From NCBI GenBank assembly GCA_032127975.1, contig JAQBHG010000036.1, positions 475 through 64,474 of the forward strand: a stretch of DNA of 64,000 bases, given 5' to 3'. The stretch comes from Steroidobacteraceae bacterium. GTDB taxonomy: Bacteria > Pseudomonadota > Gammaproteobacteria > Steroidobacterales > Steroidobacteraceae. Position 1 is the stretch's first letter; each line of letters begins with the position of its first letter. Positions 25,581 through 35,239 of this stretch are shown piece after piece. Made by a program: the position numbers and the translations under genes. The notes beneath the pieces were generated by a model. That model had not been told where the DNA came from. It did not search any database and saw nothing but the letters and a program-made list of their open reading frames with translations.

Positions 25581-26302
25581 AGCATGGCGTGATCCTGATG
25601 CTGGCGGCAATTGCCGCACTCAATGCGTTTTCCGCCCACGCGGAAGACACGGCATTGTCGCCATTCATCGCCGAGTACGACGTCAAGTACGGCAGCTTTT
25701 CGGTCGGCAGCAGCCGTACCGAGCTGCGCCGCGATTCCATGCCTGGCCAGTGGCTGATCGAATCGCGCACGACGGCGAGCGGTCTTGCAAGGCTGATCGC
25801 CGGCGGCACGCTCGTCCAGCGCTCGACCTTCCAGCTGGAAGCTGGCGACCTGCGGCCCTACAGCTACCGCTTCGACGACGGCACGAAGCGAACCGACCGC
25901 GATGTTTCGCTCGACTTCGACTGGATGGCGCAGCGCGTAAAAGGCAGTTCCGAGGGTTCGCCCGTCGATATCGAAGCCGAGGCCGGCCTGCAGGATGCAG
26001 CGTCCATGCAGGCATTCGTGCTGTTGCGCCTGAATGGCGGCCTGGAGCCCGGCGTGGTCGCGATGATCGAGAAGAATCGGATCAAGCATTACCGCTACAC
26101 GCTGCTGCGTCGCGAGCGCCTGAAAACTGCGCTCGGTGAACTGGATACCCTCGTCTATCGCAGTGCCCGCGACGGCAAGTCGCGCGAGACCCTGATTTGG
26201 TACGCACCCGCGCTCGGCAACGTGACCGTGAAGGCCGAGCAGCGCGAGGACGGCAAGCGCCTGTTCCAGACTTACATCAAGGGCTACCGCCCGGGTGCCT
26301 GA
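25577..26302 (+). CDS. secreted DUF3108-like protein
   Basis: Signal peptide. Conserved position after purN. Beta-rich sequence. Confidence 0.6.
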   Translation: MKHGVILMLAAIAALNAFSAHAEDTALSPFIAEYDVKYGSFSVGSSRTELRRDSMPGQWLIESRTTASGLARLIAGGTLVQRSTFQLEAGDLRPYSYRFDDGTKRTDRDVSLDFDWMAQRVKGSSEGSPVDIEAEAGLQDAASMQAFVLLRLNGGLEPGVVAMIEKNRIKHYRYTLLRRERLKTALGELDTLVYRSARDGKSRETLIWYAPALGNVTVKAEQREDGKRLFQTYIKGYRPGA

Positions 26303-26307
26303 CCGGT

Positions 26308-26874
26308 TCAGGTGCGCGGCAGCGTGACCCCGGTTTGCCCCTGGTATTTCCCCCCGCGGTCCCGGTACGAGGTCTCGCAGGTTTCGTCGGACTCGAAGAA
26401 CAACATCTGCGCAACACCTTCATTGGCGTAGATCCTGGCGGGGAGCGGCGTGGTGTTGGAAAACTCGAGTGTCACATGACCCTCCCACTCGGGCTCGAGC
26501 GGCGTGACATTCACGATGATTCCGCAGCGCGCGTAGGTGCTCTTGCCGAGGCAGATCACCATGGTGCTGCGCGGGATCCGGAAGTATTCGACGGTCCGTG
26601 CGAGCGCAAATGAATTCGGCGGCACGATGCAGACATCCGAACGCAGGTCAACGAAATTGTTTGTGTCAAAATTCTTCGGGTCCACGATCGTCGAATTGAT
26701 GTTCGTGAAGATCTTGAATTCACCGGCGCAGCGCACGTCATAGCCGTAACTCGAAGTGCCGTAGGAAATTATCTTGCGGTCGCCCGCGACCCGGACCTGG
26801 CCGGGCTCGAATGGCTCGATCATCCCCTGTGCCGCCATGCGCCGGATCCACCGGTCTGACTTGATGCTCATCAT
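26308..26874 (-). CDS. dcd: dCTP deaminase
   Basis: [14 protein letters not shown]-terminus. 188 aa. Confidence 0.95.
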   Translation of the reverse strand: MMSIKSDRWIRRMAAQGMIEPFEPGQVRVAGDRKIISYGTSSYGYDVRCAGEFKIFTNINSTIVDPKNFDTNNFVDLRSDVCIVPPNSFALARTVEYFRIPRSTMVICLGKSTYARCGIIVNVTPLEPEWEGHVTLEFSNTTPLPARIYANEGVAQMLFFESDETCETSYRDRGGKYQGQTGVTLPRT

Positions 26875-27965
26875 TCATCCTCGATGCTGATTGCCGGCAT
26901 GGCGGTGGCGCCCTGCATGGCGCTGGCCGCCAGCCTTCCGGCCGCCCGCCTTGCGATCAAGTGAAAGATTCCCGCAGCCTGCGACGACGGATCGGCGACC
27001 ACGGTGGGCGTGCCGCCGTCCACCTGCTCGCGGATGCTTGCCTCCAGCGGCAGCTGGCCGAGCAGCGTTGTGTCGTAGCGGCGCGCAAGCTCCGCGCCGC
27101 CGCCGGCGTCGAAGATGTGCGACTCGTGCCCGCAGGCCGGGCAGCGATGCATACCCATGTTCTCGACGATGCCGAGCACCGGGACGCCGACCTTGCGAAA
27201 CATCTGCAGGCCCTTGCGCGCGTCGAGCAGCGCGATTTCCTGGGGCGTCGTCACGATCACGGCGCCGCTGACCGGGACGCGCTGGGTCAATGTCAGCTGG
27301 ATGTCGCCGGTGCCGGGTGGCATGTCGACGACCAGGTAATCGAGCGCGCCCCAGCGCGTGTCGGAGAGCATCTGCACCAGCGCCTGGGTCACCATGGGGC
27401 CGCGCCACACCATCGGCTGGTCGGAATCGATCAGGAATCCGATGGACATGACCGGGATGCCGTGGCCGCGCGGCGGATCAAAGGTCTTGCCGTCGGTCGT
27501 GGTCGGGCGCTCCCCCGCCAGGCCCATCATGCGGGGCTGGCTCGGTCCGTAGATGTCGGCGTCAAGCAGGCCGACTCGGGCGCCCTGGGCCGCGAGCGCC
27601 AGCGCGAGATTGGCCGCAACCGTCGACTTGCCGACACCGCCCTTGCCGGAGGCGACGGCTATCACATTCGCAATTTCGGGCAGCGGACGCGTGCGCTGGT
27701 CGGCGACGAACGCCGGTATCCGGGCGCGCAACTCCACCGCGAATCGTTCCTTGATGCCGGCCGCAGCCGCCCGGTCCGCAAGGGCGCTCGCAAATTCGCC
27801 CTGGTACCCCTCGACCGGAAAACCGAGCACGATTCTTGCTACCAGCCCGGCAGGCGTCATTTCAACCGATTCGAGCGCCCCGGCGGCACCGAGCGTCAGG
27901 CCGGTATTGGGCTCGACATACTGTTCGAGCGCAGCTCGCAGGCGGCTCTCGGGGCCGGAGGACAT
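26871..27965 (-). CDS. apbC: Fe-S cluster carrier ATPase ApbC/Mrp
   Basis: [16 protein letters not shown] deviant Walker A and CPACGHES. Internal ATG at 27965 chosen. Confidence 0.9.
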   Translation of the reverse strand: MSSGPESRLRAALEQYVEPNTGLTLGAAGALESVEMTPAGLVARIVLGFPVEGYQGEFASALADRAAAAGIKERFAVELRARIPAFVADQRTRPLPEIANVIAVASGKGGVGKSTVAANLALALAAQGARVGLLDADIYGPSQPRMMGLAGERPTTTDGKTFDPPRGHGIPVMSIGFLIDSDQPMVWRGPMVTQALVQMLSDTRWGALDYLVVDMPPGTGDIQLTLTQRVPVSGAVIVTTPQEIALLDARKGLQMFRKVGVPVLGIVENMGMHRCPACGHESHIFDAGGGAELARRYDTTLLGQLPLEASIREQVDGGTPTVVADPSSQAAGIFHLIARRAAGRLAASAMQGATAMPAISIEDE

Positions 27966-28088
27966 CGGGAATATTCCGCTGATCGGGGGCCGGCATTGTA
28001 GCCCAGGCGCCAATCCGTAAATGAGGCCGGGGGTGGGTATGGCATACTTTCCAATTGGCAGATTGGTCCCAACTAGAGCCAGAATCGG

Positions 28089-30488
28089 ATGGGTTTATTC
28101 AGTGCGTATCGCGCCGATCGCCTGATCGCCGAGGTGCGTGAAAGTGGCGACCCGGGCAGCCCCAAGGCGCAGCAGGCGCTCGCCAGGCTGCAGGGGCTGG
28201 GCGCCACCGCCATCAAGCCGATCGTCGAGGCGCTGTCCACGGCGGACAAGCGCGAGACAGTTGCCTTTGTCGAGGCATTGTCCGAGCTGATCGACGACAA
28301 GACATTCCCGCTGCTGGCAAAGGCGCTTGCGGAGGAAAACCCGCGCGCGGTCGCGGGCGTTGCCTGGGCGCTTTCCACGTCGCGGGCCTACTCACCTGCC
28401 CTGCTGCTCGAGCTGTTGAGCGAGCCTGGAGTCTCGCGGCCGGCCGTGCTGGACGTCATTGCCGCGCACAAGACCCGCTTCCAGCTGCGCGACCTTCTGA
28501 ATGCCGCCTACCTGCAGGATCCGAACGAAAAAGCGGCCTTGTTTCGCATCGCCGGACAGATCGTGGATGAGACCTCGGTCGACGAACTGGTCGCCAGGGT
28601 CGAGGGCAAGGATTCGATCGCCCGCATGCATATCATCGCGCTGCTCGCGCGGTTCAATACACCCAAGGTCCGTGCGGCCCTGATGTCGACGCTAAAGGAC
28701 CCGAACAAGCTGGTGCGTTCGGCCGCACTGCAGGCGATCGCCGCCATGGAGGGGCCCGTTGACCCGGCCCAGGTCGCCCCGCTGCTGCGCGATACCGATC
28801 TCGATGTCCAGAACAAGGCAGTCGACCTGCTGTGCCGCAGTAAGCACCCGGATACTGCGAAACACCTGGTCGAGGCGCTGAAGGACGAGTCGGAGTACAC
28901 GCGCCGGGCGGCGGTCGAAGTGCTGAATGTCGTCGGCAACGACAACTCTGTGAGGCACCTGCTGCAGGCCATCAAGGACGCCGACTGGTGGGTGCGCAGC
29001 CGCGCCGCAGATGCGCTCGGCAAGATCGGCGGCCCGCAGGTCATCAATGCGGCGATCGCGCTGGTCTCCGACCGCGATGAGGAAGTCCGCCGCACGGCGG
29101 TCGAGATCCTCAACCAGACCAAGGACGAGCGCGCGGTCAGCCACCTGCTCGAGGCGACCAAGGACTCCGATTGGTGGGTCAGCGAAAGGGCGGTCGACGC
29201 ACTGGGGGCGATCGGCAGCCGCAAGTCCGTGGCCCGGCTCCTTCAGATGATGGAGTCGAACCCGAAATCTGTCCCCACGATTGTGCGTGCGCTCGGCAAG
29301 ATCGGGGACAATGCCGCGACCGACAGCGTCATGCGGTCCCTTGACCGACCGGAAACCGACATCCGCGTCGAGGCCCTGGCCGCACTCGTTCGCCTCGCCG
29401 ATGACCGCACCGTCGACCCTGTTCGCGCCCGCATTGCGCCGCTGATGTCGGTGACGGAGCAGACGGTGGCCGGCGCCGCGCTGCGTGCATTGACCGAGCT
29501 GGAAGCGAAATTCGGCGGCACGACCCTGGCGGGGAAACCGGCACCAGGAGCCAGCCTGGCGGCCCGTCCGGGGGCGGATGTCGCGCGCACCTTGCTGATG
29601 GAGTCGGCAGACGTCTCGGCGATCATGAAAGCAGCCGAAGCCCAGGGCCGGCTCGATATCGCGACCCTGCAGCCAGGCGACGTGCTGGAAGGCCGCTACA
29701 AGTACGTGGAACGCATCGGCAAGGGCGCATTCGGCACGGTGCTGCTGATGGAGGACACCGTCGTCGACGAGAACCTGATACTCAAGTTCCTGAATCCGGC
29801 GATTTCGCAGGACGAAGAGATGATGCAACGCTTCGTCCACGAGCTTCGTTACAGCCGCAAGATCACCCATCCGAACGTGATCCGTATTTACGACTTCCTC
29901 CACATCCAGGGAAATTACGCGATCTCGATGGAGTACTTTCCGTCGCACACGCTGGGCGGCGAGGTCGCCGACGGCAAGCCTGTGGCGCTGCGCCGGGCGC
30001 TGAAATTCGGAATGGACATCGCCAAGGGGATGTCCGTCGCCCACGGCGTCGGCATCGTGCACCGCGACCTCAAGCCGGCCAACGTACTGATCAATGACGA
30101 AGGCCTGCTGAAAATCGTCGATTTCGGCGTCGCGGCAGCGCAGCACCAGGGCGATACGCAGCTGACCAAGACCGGCTACGTGATCGGTTCGCCGAAGTAC
30201 ATGGCGCCGGAACAGATCCTCGGCAAGAAAGTCGACGAGCGCGCTGATATCTATTCGCTCGGGGTGATGATCTACGAGATGATGACCGGCGCACCGCCGT
30301 ATCATCGCGGCGACCACATGTCGGTGATGTACCAGCACGTCCAGGGCCGGGCCCGCCCGCCGATTGAGCTGAATCCGGCGCTGCCACCGGCCCTGTCGGA
30401 GTTCATCATGAAGACCATGTCCGTCGACAAGGAAAAGCGACCAGCCTCGATGGATGAAATGCATGTGGCGCTGGAACGCTTCTTGTGA
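28089..30488 (+). CDS. HEAT-repeat protein fused to a C-terminal Hanks-type Ser/Thr protein kinase
   Basis: Residues ~167-445 form nine tandem 31-residue HEAT/PBS-lyase-type repeats (for example KDADWWVRSRAADALGKIGG). Residues ~535-795 carry GKGAFGTV, the LILKF Lys, HRDLKPANV, DFG and APE. No TM segment. Confidence 0.85.
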   Translation: MGLFSAYRADRLIAEVRESGDPGSPKAQQALARLQGLGATAIKPIVEALSTADKRETVAFVEALSELIDDKTFPLLAKALAEENPRAVAGVAWALSTSRAYSPALLLELLSEPGVSRPAVLDVIAAHKTRFQLRDLLNAAYLQDPNEKAALFRIAGQIVDETSVDELVARVEGKDSIARMHIIALLARFNTPKVRAALMSTLKDPNKLVRSAALQAIAAMEGPVDPAQVAPLLRDTDLDVQNKAVDLLCRSKHPDTAKHLVEALKDESEYTRRAAVEVLNVVGNDNSVRHLLQAIKDADWWVRSRAADALGKIGGPQVINAAIALVSDRDEEVRRTAVEILNQTKDERAVSHLLEATKDSDWWVSERAVDALGAIGSRKSVARLLQMMESNPKSVPTIVRALGKIGDNAATDSVMRSLDRPETDIRVEALAALVRLADDRTVDPVRARIAPLMSVTEQTVAGAALRALTELEAKFGGTTLAGKPAPGASLAARPGADVARTLLMESADVSAIMKAAEAQGRLDIATLQPGDVLEGRYKYVERIGKGAFGTVLLMEDTVVDENLILKFLNPAISQDEEMMQRFVHELRYSRKITHPNVIRIYDFLHIQGNYAISMEYFPSHTLGGEVADGKPVALRRALKFGMDIAKGMSVAHGVGIVHRDLKPANVLINDEGLLKIVDFGVAAAQHQGDTQLTKTGYVIGSPKYMAPEQILGKKVDERADIYSLGVMIYEMMTGAPPYHRGDHMSVMYQHVQGRARPPIELNPALPPALSEFIMKTMSVDKEKRPASMDEMHVALERFL

Positions 30489-30503
30489 TCCACTCGCGCG
30501 CTA

Positions 30504-31595
30504 ATGCCGCGCATTGATGCATTCCTGAAGCTTGGCACGACCCAGGCATGCTCCGACGTCCATCTGGCCGTCGGGGTTCCTCCGATGCTCCGGCTGAATG
30601 GCGAGCTGACAGCCATCCGCTTCCGGGACCTCGCCGAAGCCGAACTCGAGAGCTATGTCACCGAAATCCTTTCCCGCAACCTCAGCGAGCGGTTTCGCGC
30701 CGGGCACGATGTCGATTTTTCCTACGTGTCGGAGGAAGGCGCGCGCTTCCGGGTCAATGTGTTCCGCAAGGACTCCGGCGTCGGGGCGGTATTCCGGTCG
30801 ATCCCGAACGAAATTCCGACGCTCGACTCGCTGCAGCTGCCACCGATCGTCAGGAAGCTCTGCGATTTTCACCAGGGCATGATCCTGGTTACGGGCTCGA
30901 CCGGCACGGGCAAGTCGACCACGCTCGCGGCGATGATCGATTTGTTGAACACCACGCGGAATCTCAACATCATCAGCCTGGAGGATCCGATCGAGTTCGT
31001 GCATCGCAGCAAGAAGTGCCAGGTTGTGCAACGCGAGCTCGGCACGCACCTGCCCTCATTCGCAGAAGGCGTGCGTGCCGCGATGCGCGAGGATCCCGAC
31101 GTGATCCTGGTTGGTGAAATGCGCGACGCCGAGACCATTTCGATGGCCATGACCGCGGCGGAAACGGGCCACCTCGTGCTCGGCACGCTGCATACGACCA
31201 GCGCCGTCAAGACCATCGACCGGATGATCGACGCGCTGCCGGCCGACCAGCGTGAACAGACCAAGAGCTTTCTCGGGCAGAGCCTGCTCGCCGTGATCAC
31301 GCAGGTGCTGGTCCGCAAGCCGGAGAATCGGGGGCGCAGGGCAATCTGCGAGGTCATGATCATGAATCGCGCGATCGCCAAGCTCATCCAGACCGACCAG
31401 ACGCACCAGATTCCGGCACAGGTGCAGACCGGCCGGGACCTCGGCATGCAGCTGATGGACCAGTCGCTGCTTACAGCGATCCAGGCCAAGGAGATCGATC
31501 CAGACGATGCCTTCGCCTATTCGAATGACAAGCGCCTGTTTGCGAAACACGTCGTGGACCGCAGCCTGCTGCCACGCATCGAAACCCTGGAATGA
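30504..31595 (+). CDS. PilT-family secretion ATPase, divergent paralogue 1
   Basis: Walker A GSTGTGKST, EDPIEF, Walker B DVILVGEMRD, His box GTLHTTSA. The AIRNLIRE position reads AIAKLIQT. Sits 15 nt after the kinase. Confidence 0.85.
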   Translation: MPRIDAFLKLGTTQACSDVHLAVGVPPMLRLNGELTAIRFRDLAEAELESYVTEILSRNLSERFRAGHDVDFSYVSEEGARFRVNVFRKDSGVGAVFRSIPNEIPTLDSLQLPPIVRKLCDFHQGMILVTGSTGTGKSTTLAAMIDLLNTTRNLNIISLEDPIEFVHRSKKCQVVQRELGTHLPSFAEGVRAAMREDPDVILVGEMRDAETISMAMTAAETGHLVLGTLHTTSAVKTIDRMIDALPADQREQTKSFLGQSLLAVITQVLVRKPENRGRRAICEVMIMNRAIAKLIQTDQTHQIPAQVQTGRDLGMQLMDQSLLTAIQAKEIDPDDAFAYSNDKRLFAKHVVDRSLLPRIETLE

Positions 31596-31607
31596 GGCTG
31601 CCTTAGC

Positions 31608-32669
31608 GTGGCGCGCGTCGACGAATACCTCGAGGAGATCCTCAAACGGGACGGCTCCGACCTGCATTTCATGGCGGGCGATCCGCCGCGCATCCGGCAA
31701 TACGGGAAGCTGTCCAATTTGAGGGCCGAAGCGCTTGCGGCCGATTTCGTGCGCGAGTCGCTCTACGAAATCATGCCGCGCAAGGCGCTCGAACGATTCG
31801 AGTCCCGCGATGGCACGGATTTCGCGTATTCCCTCGGCACGATTGCGCGGTTTCGCGTCAACATCCTGCGCCAGCTGAATGGCATGGGCGGTGTGTTCCG
31901 CGCCATACCGTCCAAGGCGCAGACCCTCGAGCAGCTCAAGATGCCAGAAGCCGTGCGCAATCTCTGCAAGGCTTCGAGCGGCCTGATCCTGATGACCGGC
32001 AAGACGGGTTCCGGCAAGTCGACGACGCTCGCGGCGATGATCGACGACCTCAACCTGCGCCTGAAGGGTCACATACTGACGATTGAGGACCCGATCGAGT
32101 TCGTGCATCCCCGCAAGAACTGCCTGATCAGCCAGCGTGAGGTCGGCGTCCACGCCGAATCCTTTGCGACCGCGCTGCTGTCGGCATTGCGCGAAGACCC
32201 TGACGTCATCCTGGTCGGCGAGTTGCGCGACCTCGAGACGATCAGCACCGCGATCACCGCGTCCGAGATGGGCATCCTGGTGATGGCGACCCTGCACACG
32301 AATGGTGCGGCGGCAACCGTCGACCGCATGGTCAACGCGTTTCCGTCCGACAAGCAGGCCCATGTGCGGACGATGTTGTCGACCTCCCTGCGCGGCGTCG
32401 TGTCGCAGCAATTGATTTCGCGCAAGGGCCCGCCGGGCCGCGTCGCTGCGATCGAAGTGCTGATAAACACGGCCGCGGTCTCCAACCTGATCCGCCAGGG
32501 CAAGATTGACCAGGTGGAAACCGCGATGCAGGCCGGCACCTCGCACGGCATGCGTACTATGGACGTCGCCATCCAGCAGCTGCTGGATTCCGGACAGATC
32601 AGTGGCCGATCGGCCTACGAGAAGGCCATGAACAAGGCCAAGTTCGAGGAGCTCAAGGAATTCGACTGA
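31608..32669 (+). CDS. PilT-family secretion ATPase, divergent paralogue 2
   Basis: GTG start. Walker A GKTGSGKST, EDPIEF, DVILVGELRD, ATLHTNGA. The AIRNLIRE position reads AVSNLIRQ. Sits 12 nt after paralogue 1. Confidence 0.85.
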   Translation: MARVDEYLEEILKRDGSDLHFMAGDPPRIRQYGKLSNLRAEALAADFVRESLYEIMPRKALERFESRDGTDFAYSLGTIARFRVNILRQLNGMGGVFRAIPSKAQTLEQLKMPEAVRNLCKASSGLILMTGKTGSGKSTTLAAMIDDLNLRLKGHILTIEDPIEFVHPRKNCLISQREVGVHAESFATALLSALREDPDVILVGELRDLETISTAITASEMGILVMATLHTNGAAATVDRMVNAFPSDKQAHVRTMLSTSLRGVVSQQLISRKGPPGRVAAIEVLINTAAVSNLIRQGKIDQVETAMQAGTSHGMRTMDVAIQQLLDSGQISGRSAYEKAMNKAKFEELKEFD

Positions 32670-32714
32670 CCGCGCCCTGAGGCATAATGCATGACTCATC
32701 CCCGGACCCGAGTC

Positions 32715-34685
32715 ATGACCCGCCGAATCCTCGTCACCAGTGCGCTGCCCTACGCCAACGGGCCCACCCACCTCGGACTCATGACCGAGGTCGTGCAGAC
32801 CGACATCTGGGTCCGCTGCATGAAAATGGGCGGGCACGACTGCCTGTACGTGTGCGCCGACGACACGCACGGCACGCCGATCATGCTGCAGGCCGAATCC
32901 AAAGGGATCACGCCGGAGCAGTTGATCGCAGATGTCGGCGCCGAGCGGCGCCGCGATTTCGCCGATTTCGGCATCGACTTCGACAACTATTACACCACCC
33001 ATTCGGAAGAAAACCGCCGGCTGACGGTGCGCATGTACCAGGCGCTCGCCGCCGCCGGCCACATCACGCGGCGCGTCGTCCGCCAGGCCTATGACGAAAA
33101 CGCGGGAATGTTCCTGCCTGACCGCTATGTCAAGGGCACTTGCCCGCGCTGCCAGACGCCGGACCAGTACGGCGACAGCTGTGAGAACTGCGGGGCGACC
33201 TACGCCCCGTCCGACCTGATCAACCCTGTTTCCGTCGTGTCCGGGACGACCCCGGTCCAACGCGAATCGGAGCACATCTTCTTCAAGCTCGGTGATTTCG
33301 AGGCGATGCTTCGCAAGTGGACGCGCTCCGGCAGCCTGCAGTCGGCAGTCGCCAACAAGCTCGACGAGTGGTTCGATGCGGGCCTTCGGGACTGGGACGT
33401 GTCGCGCGACGCTCCTTACTTCGGCATCGAGATTCCCGATGCGCCGGGCAAGTACTTCTATGTCTGGCTCGATGCACCGGTCGGATACATGGCGAGCTTC
33501 GAGAATCTCTGCGCGCGCAGCGGCCTCGTATTCGACGACTACTGGGGCCCGGACAGCCGGGCGGAACTCTATCATTTCATCGGCAAGGACATCCTTTACT
33601 TCCACGCACTATTCTGGCCGGCAACGCTGGAGGGCGCCGGATTCCGCAAGCCCACTGTCGTGCATGCGCACGGCTTCCTGACGATCAACGGCGAAAAGAT
33701 GTCGAAATCTCGCGGAACTTTCGTCACCGCGAGACGGTATCTCGACCACCTGCCGCCGGAGTATTTCCGCTACTTCCTGGCGGCAAAGCTGGGCCCCGGG
33801 CTCGACGACATCGACATGAACCTGGACGAGTTCGCGACCCGCATCAACGCCGAGCTGGTCGGGAAGTTCGTCAATATCGCAAGCCGCTGCGCCGGGTTCA
33901 TCCATCGCAGCCACGGCGGCCGTCTTGCCCAGGCCCTGCCCGACCCCGGCCTTTATCGCGAATTCGTCGAGGCCGCAGACTGGATCGCCGCCAGCTACGA
34001 ATCGCGCGAATACGCGGCGGCCGTGCGTGAAGTCATGGCGCTCACCGACCGCGCCAATCTCTACATCGACCAGCACAAGCCGTGGCTCGCCGCAAAGGAT
34101 CCCTCCCGCGCTGCTGAAGTCCAGGCGATCTGCACCCAGGGACTCAACCTGTTCCGCGTGCTGATGACCTGCCTCAAACCGGTGATGCCGGCCATGGCGG
34201 AACGCGCCGAGGAATTCCTCGGCAGGCCGGTGCAGCTCTGGAGCGACATCGCCGAGCCCCTGCTCGGCACGAAGATCAAGGAATACCAGCCACTTGCAAC
34301 CCGTGTCGATCCGGCGCTGGTTCGTAAGCTGGTGGAGACACCGATGACCACGATTCCGGAAATAACTGCGGAAGAATTTGCGCGAATCGACCTGCGGATC
34401 GCCCGCATCGAATCAGCGACGCTGGTCGAGGGCGCGGACCGGCTGCTGCAACTGACCGTCGATCTTGGCAGCGGGCAGCGCACGGTATTCGCCGGTATAC
34501 GCAGTTCCTACGAGCCCGCCCAACTGGTCGGCCGGCATGTGGTCGTGGTCGCGAACCTCAAGCCGCGCAAGCTGCGTTTCGGCGTCTCACAGGCGATGAT
34601 CCTGGCAGCGAGCGCCGAAGGCGCCGATGCGCTCTACCTGCTGGGACCGGACACGGGCGCGACGGCGGGCATGAAGGTCAGCTAG
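32715..34685 (+). CDS. metG: methionine--tRNA ligase
   Basis: MTRRILVTSALPYANGPTHLG matches the usual MetG N-terminus (an upstream ATG at 32691 is also possible). KMSKSRG motif and C-terminal tRNA-binding domain. Confidence 0.95.
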   Translation: MTRRILVTSALPYANGPTHLGLMTEVVQTDIWVRCMKMGGHDCLYVCADDTHGTPIMLQAESKGITPEQLIADVGAERRRDFADFGIDFDNYYTTHSEENRRLTVRMYQALAAAGHITRRVVRQAYDENAGMFLPDRYVKGTCPRCQTPDQYGDSCENCGATYAPSDLINPVSVVSGTTPVQRESEHIFFKLGDFEAMLRKWTRSGSLQSAVANKLDEWFDAGLRDWDVSRDAPYFGIEIPDAPGKYFYVWLDAPVGYMASFENLCARSGLVFDDYWGPDSRAELYHFIGKDILYFHALFWPATLEGAGFRKPTVVHAHGFLTINGEKMSKSRGTFVTARRYLDHLPPEYFRYFLAAKLGPGLDDIDMNLDEFATRINAELVGKFVNIASRCAGFIHRSHGGRLAQALPDPGLYREFVEAADWIAASYESREYAAAVREVMALTDRANLYIDQHKPWLAAKDPSRAAEVQAICTQGLNLFRVLMTCLKPVMPAMAERAEEFLGRPVQLWSDIAEPLLGTKIKEYQPLATRVDPALVRKLVETPMTTIPEITAEEFARIDLRIARIESATLVEGADRLLQLTVDLGSGQRTVFAGIRSSYEPAQLVGRHVVVVANLKPRKLRFGVSQAMILAASAEGADALYLLGPDTGATAGMKVS

Positions 34686-34687
34686 GA

Positions 34688-35239
34688 ATGCTCGCGGAGC
34701 GCATCGATGCCCTGTTGCCGCAGACCCAGTGCCGGCGCTGCGGGTTCGATGGCTGCCGTCCGTATGCCGAGGCGCTGGCGCGCGGGGAAAGCGCGCTGAA
34801 TCGCTGCCCGCCCGGCGGGCGTGCCGTGATCGCGCAACTGGCGGCACTGCTGGGGCGACCGGAACTGCCGCTCGATTCCGACTGCGGGCAGCAGGGGCCG
34901 CAGCTCATGGCCGTCATCGATGAGCAGGTGTGCATCGGTTGCGCCAGGTGCCTCGACGACTGCCCGACCGATGCAATCGTCGGCGCGCGCAAGCGCATGC
35001 ACTCGGTCATTGCCGAAGATTGTTCCGGCTGCGAGCTTTGCCTGCCCAGCTGCCCGGTCGACTGTATCCACATGGTCGCCCGGCCCACACCGCCGCCTTC
35101 GGCGCCGCAGCGCGAGTCCAGCGCGGCTCACTACCGGAGGCTTTACGATTCGCGGCGGGCGAGGCTGGCACGCGGCCAGGCCGATTGGCGCGATGCCCTG
35201 CGCGCAAGCCTGGCCCAAGATGGCGCGTCCGCGGACTGA
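34688..35239 (+). CDS. RnfB-like polyferredoxin lacking the N-terminal membrane anchor
   Basis: CRRCGFDGCRPY...NRCPPGG cluster, plus the two ferredoxin motifs CIGCARCLDDCP and CSGCELCLPSCP. Confidence 0.8.
   Translation: MLAERIDALLPQTQCRRCGFDGCRPYAEALARGESALNRCPPGGRAVIAQLAALLGRPELPLDSDCGQQGPQLMAVIDEQVCIGCARCLDDCPTDAIVGARKRMHSVIAEDCSGCELCLPSCPVDCIHMVARPTPPPSAPQRESSAAHYRRLYDSRRARLARGQADWRDALRASLAQDGASAD

Noticed and set aside
28692-30464. 590-aa ORF on the minus strand
   Set aside because: It lies antisense to the HEAT-kinase gene and has no motifs. The kinase frame has complete Hanks motifs.
31056-33605. 849-aa ORF on the minus strand
   Set aside because: It lies antisense to the PilT-like paralogue 2 and metG genes, both of which have unmistakable motifs. 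Its translation is Arg/Ala/Gly-rich without motifs, as expected for a stop-poor antisense frame in GC-rich DNA.
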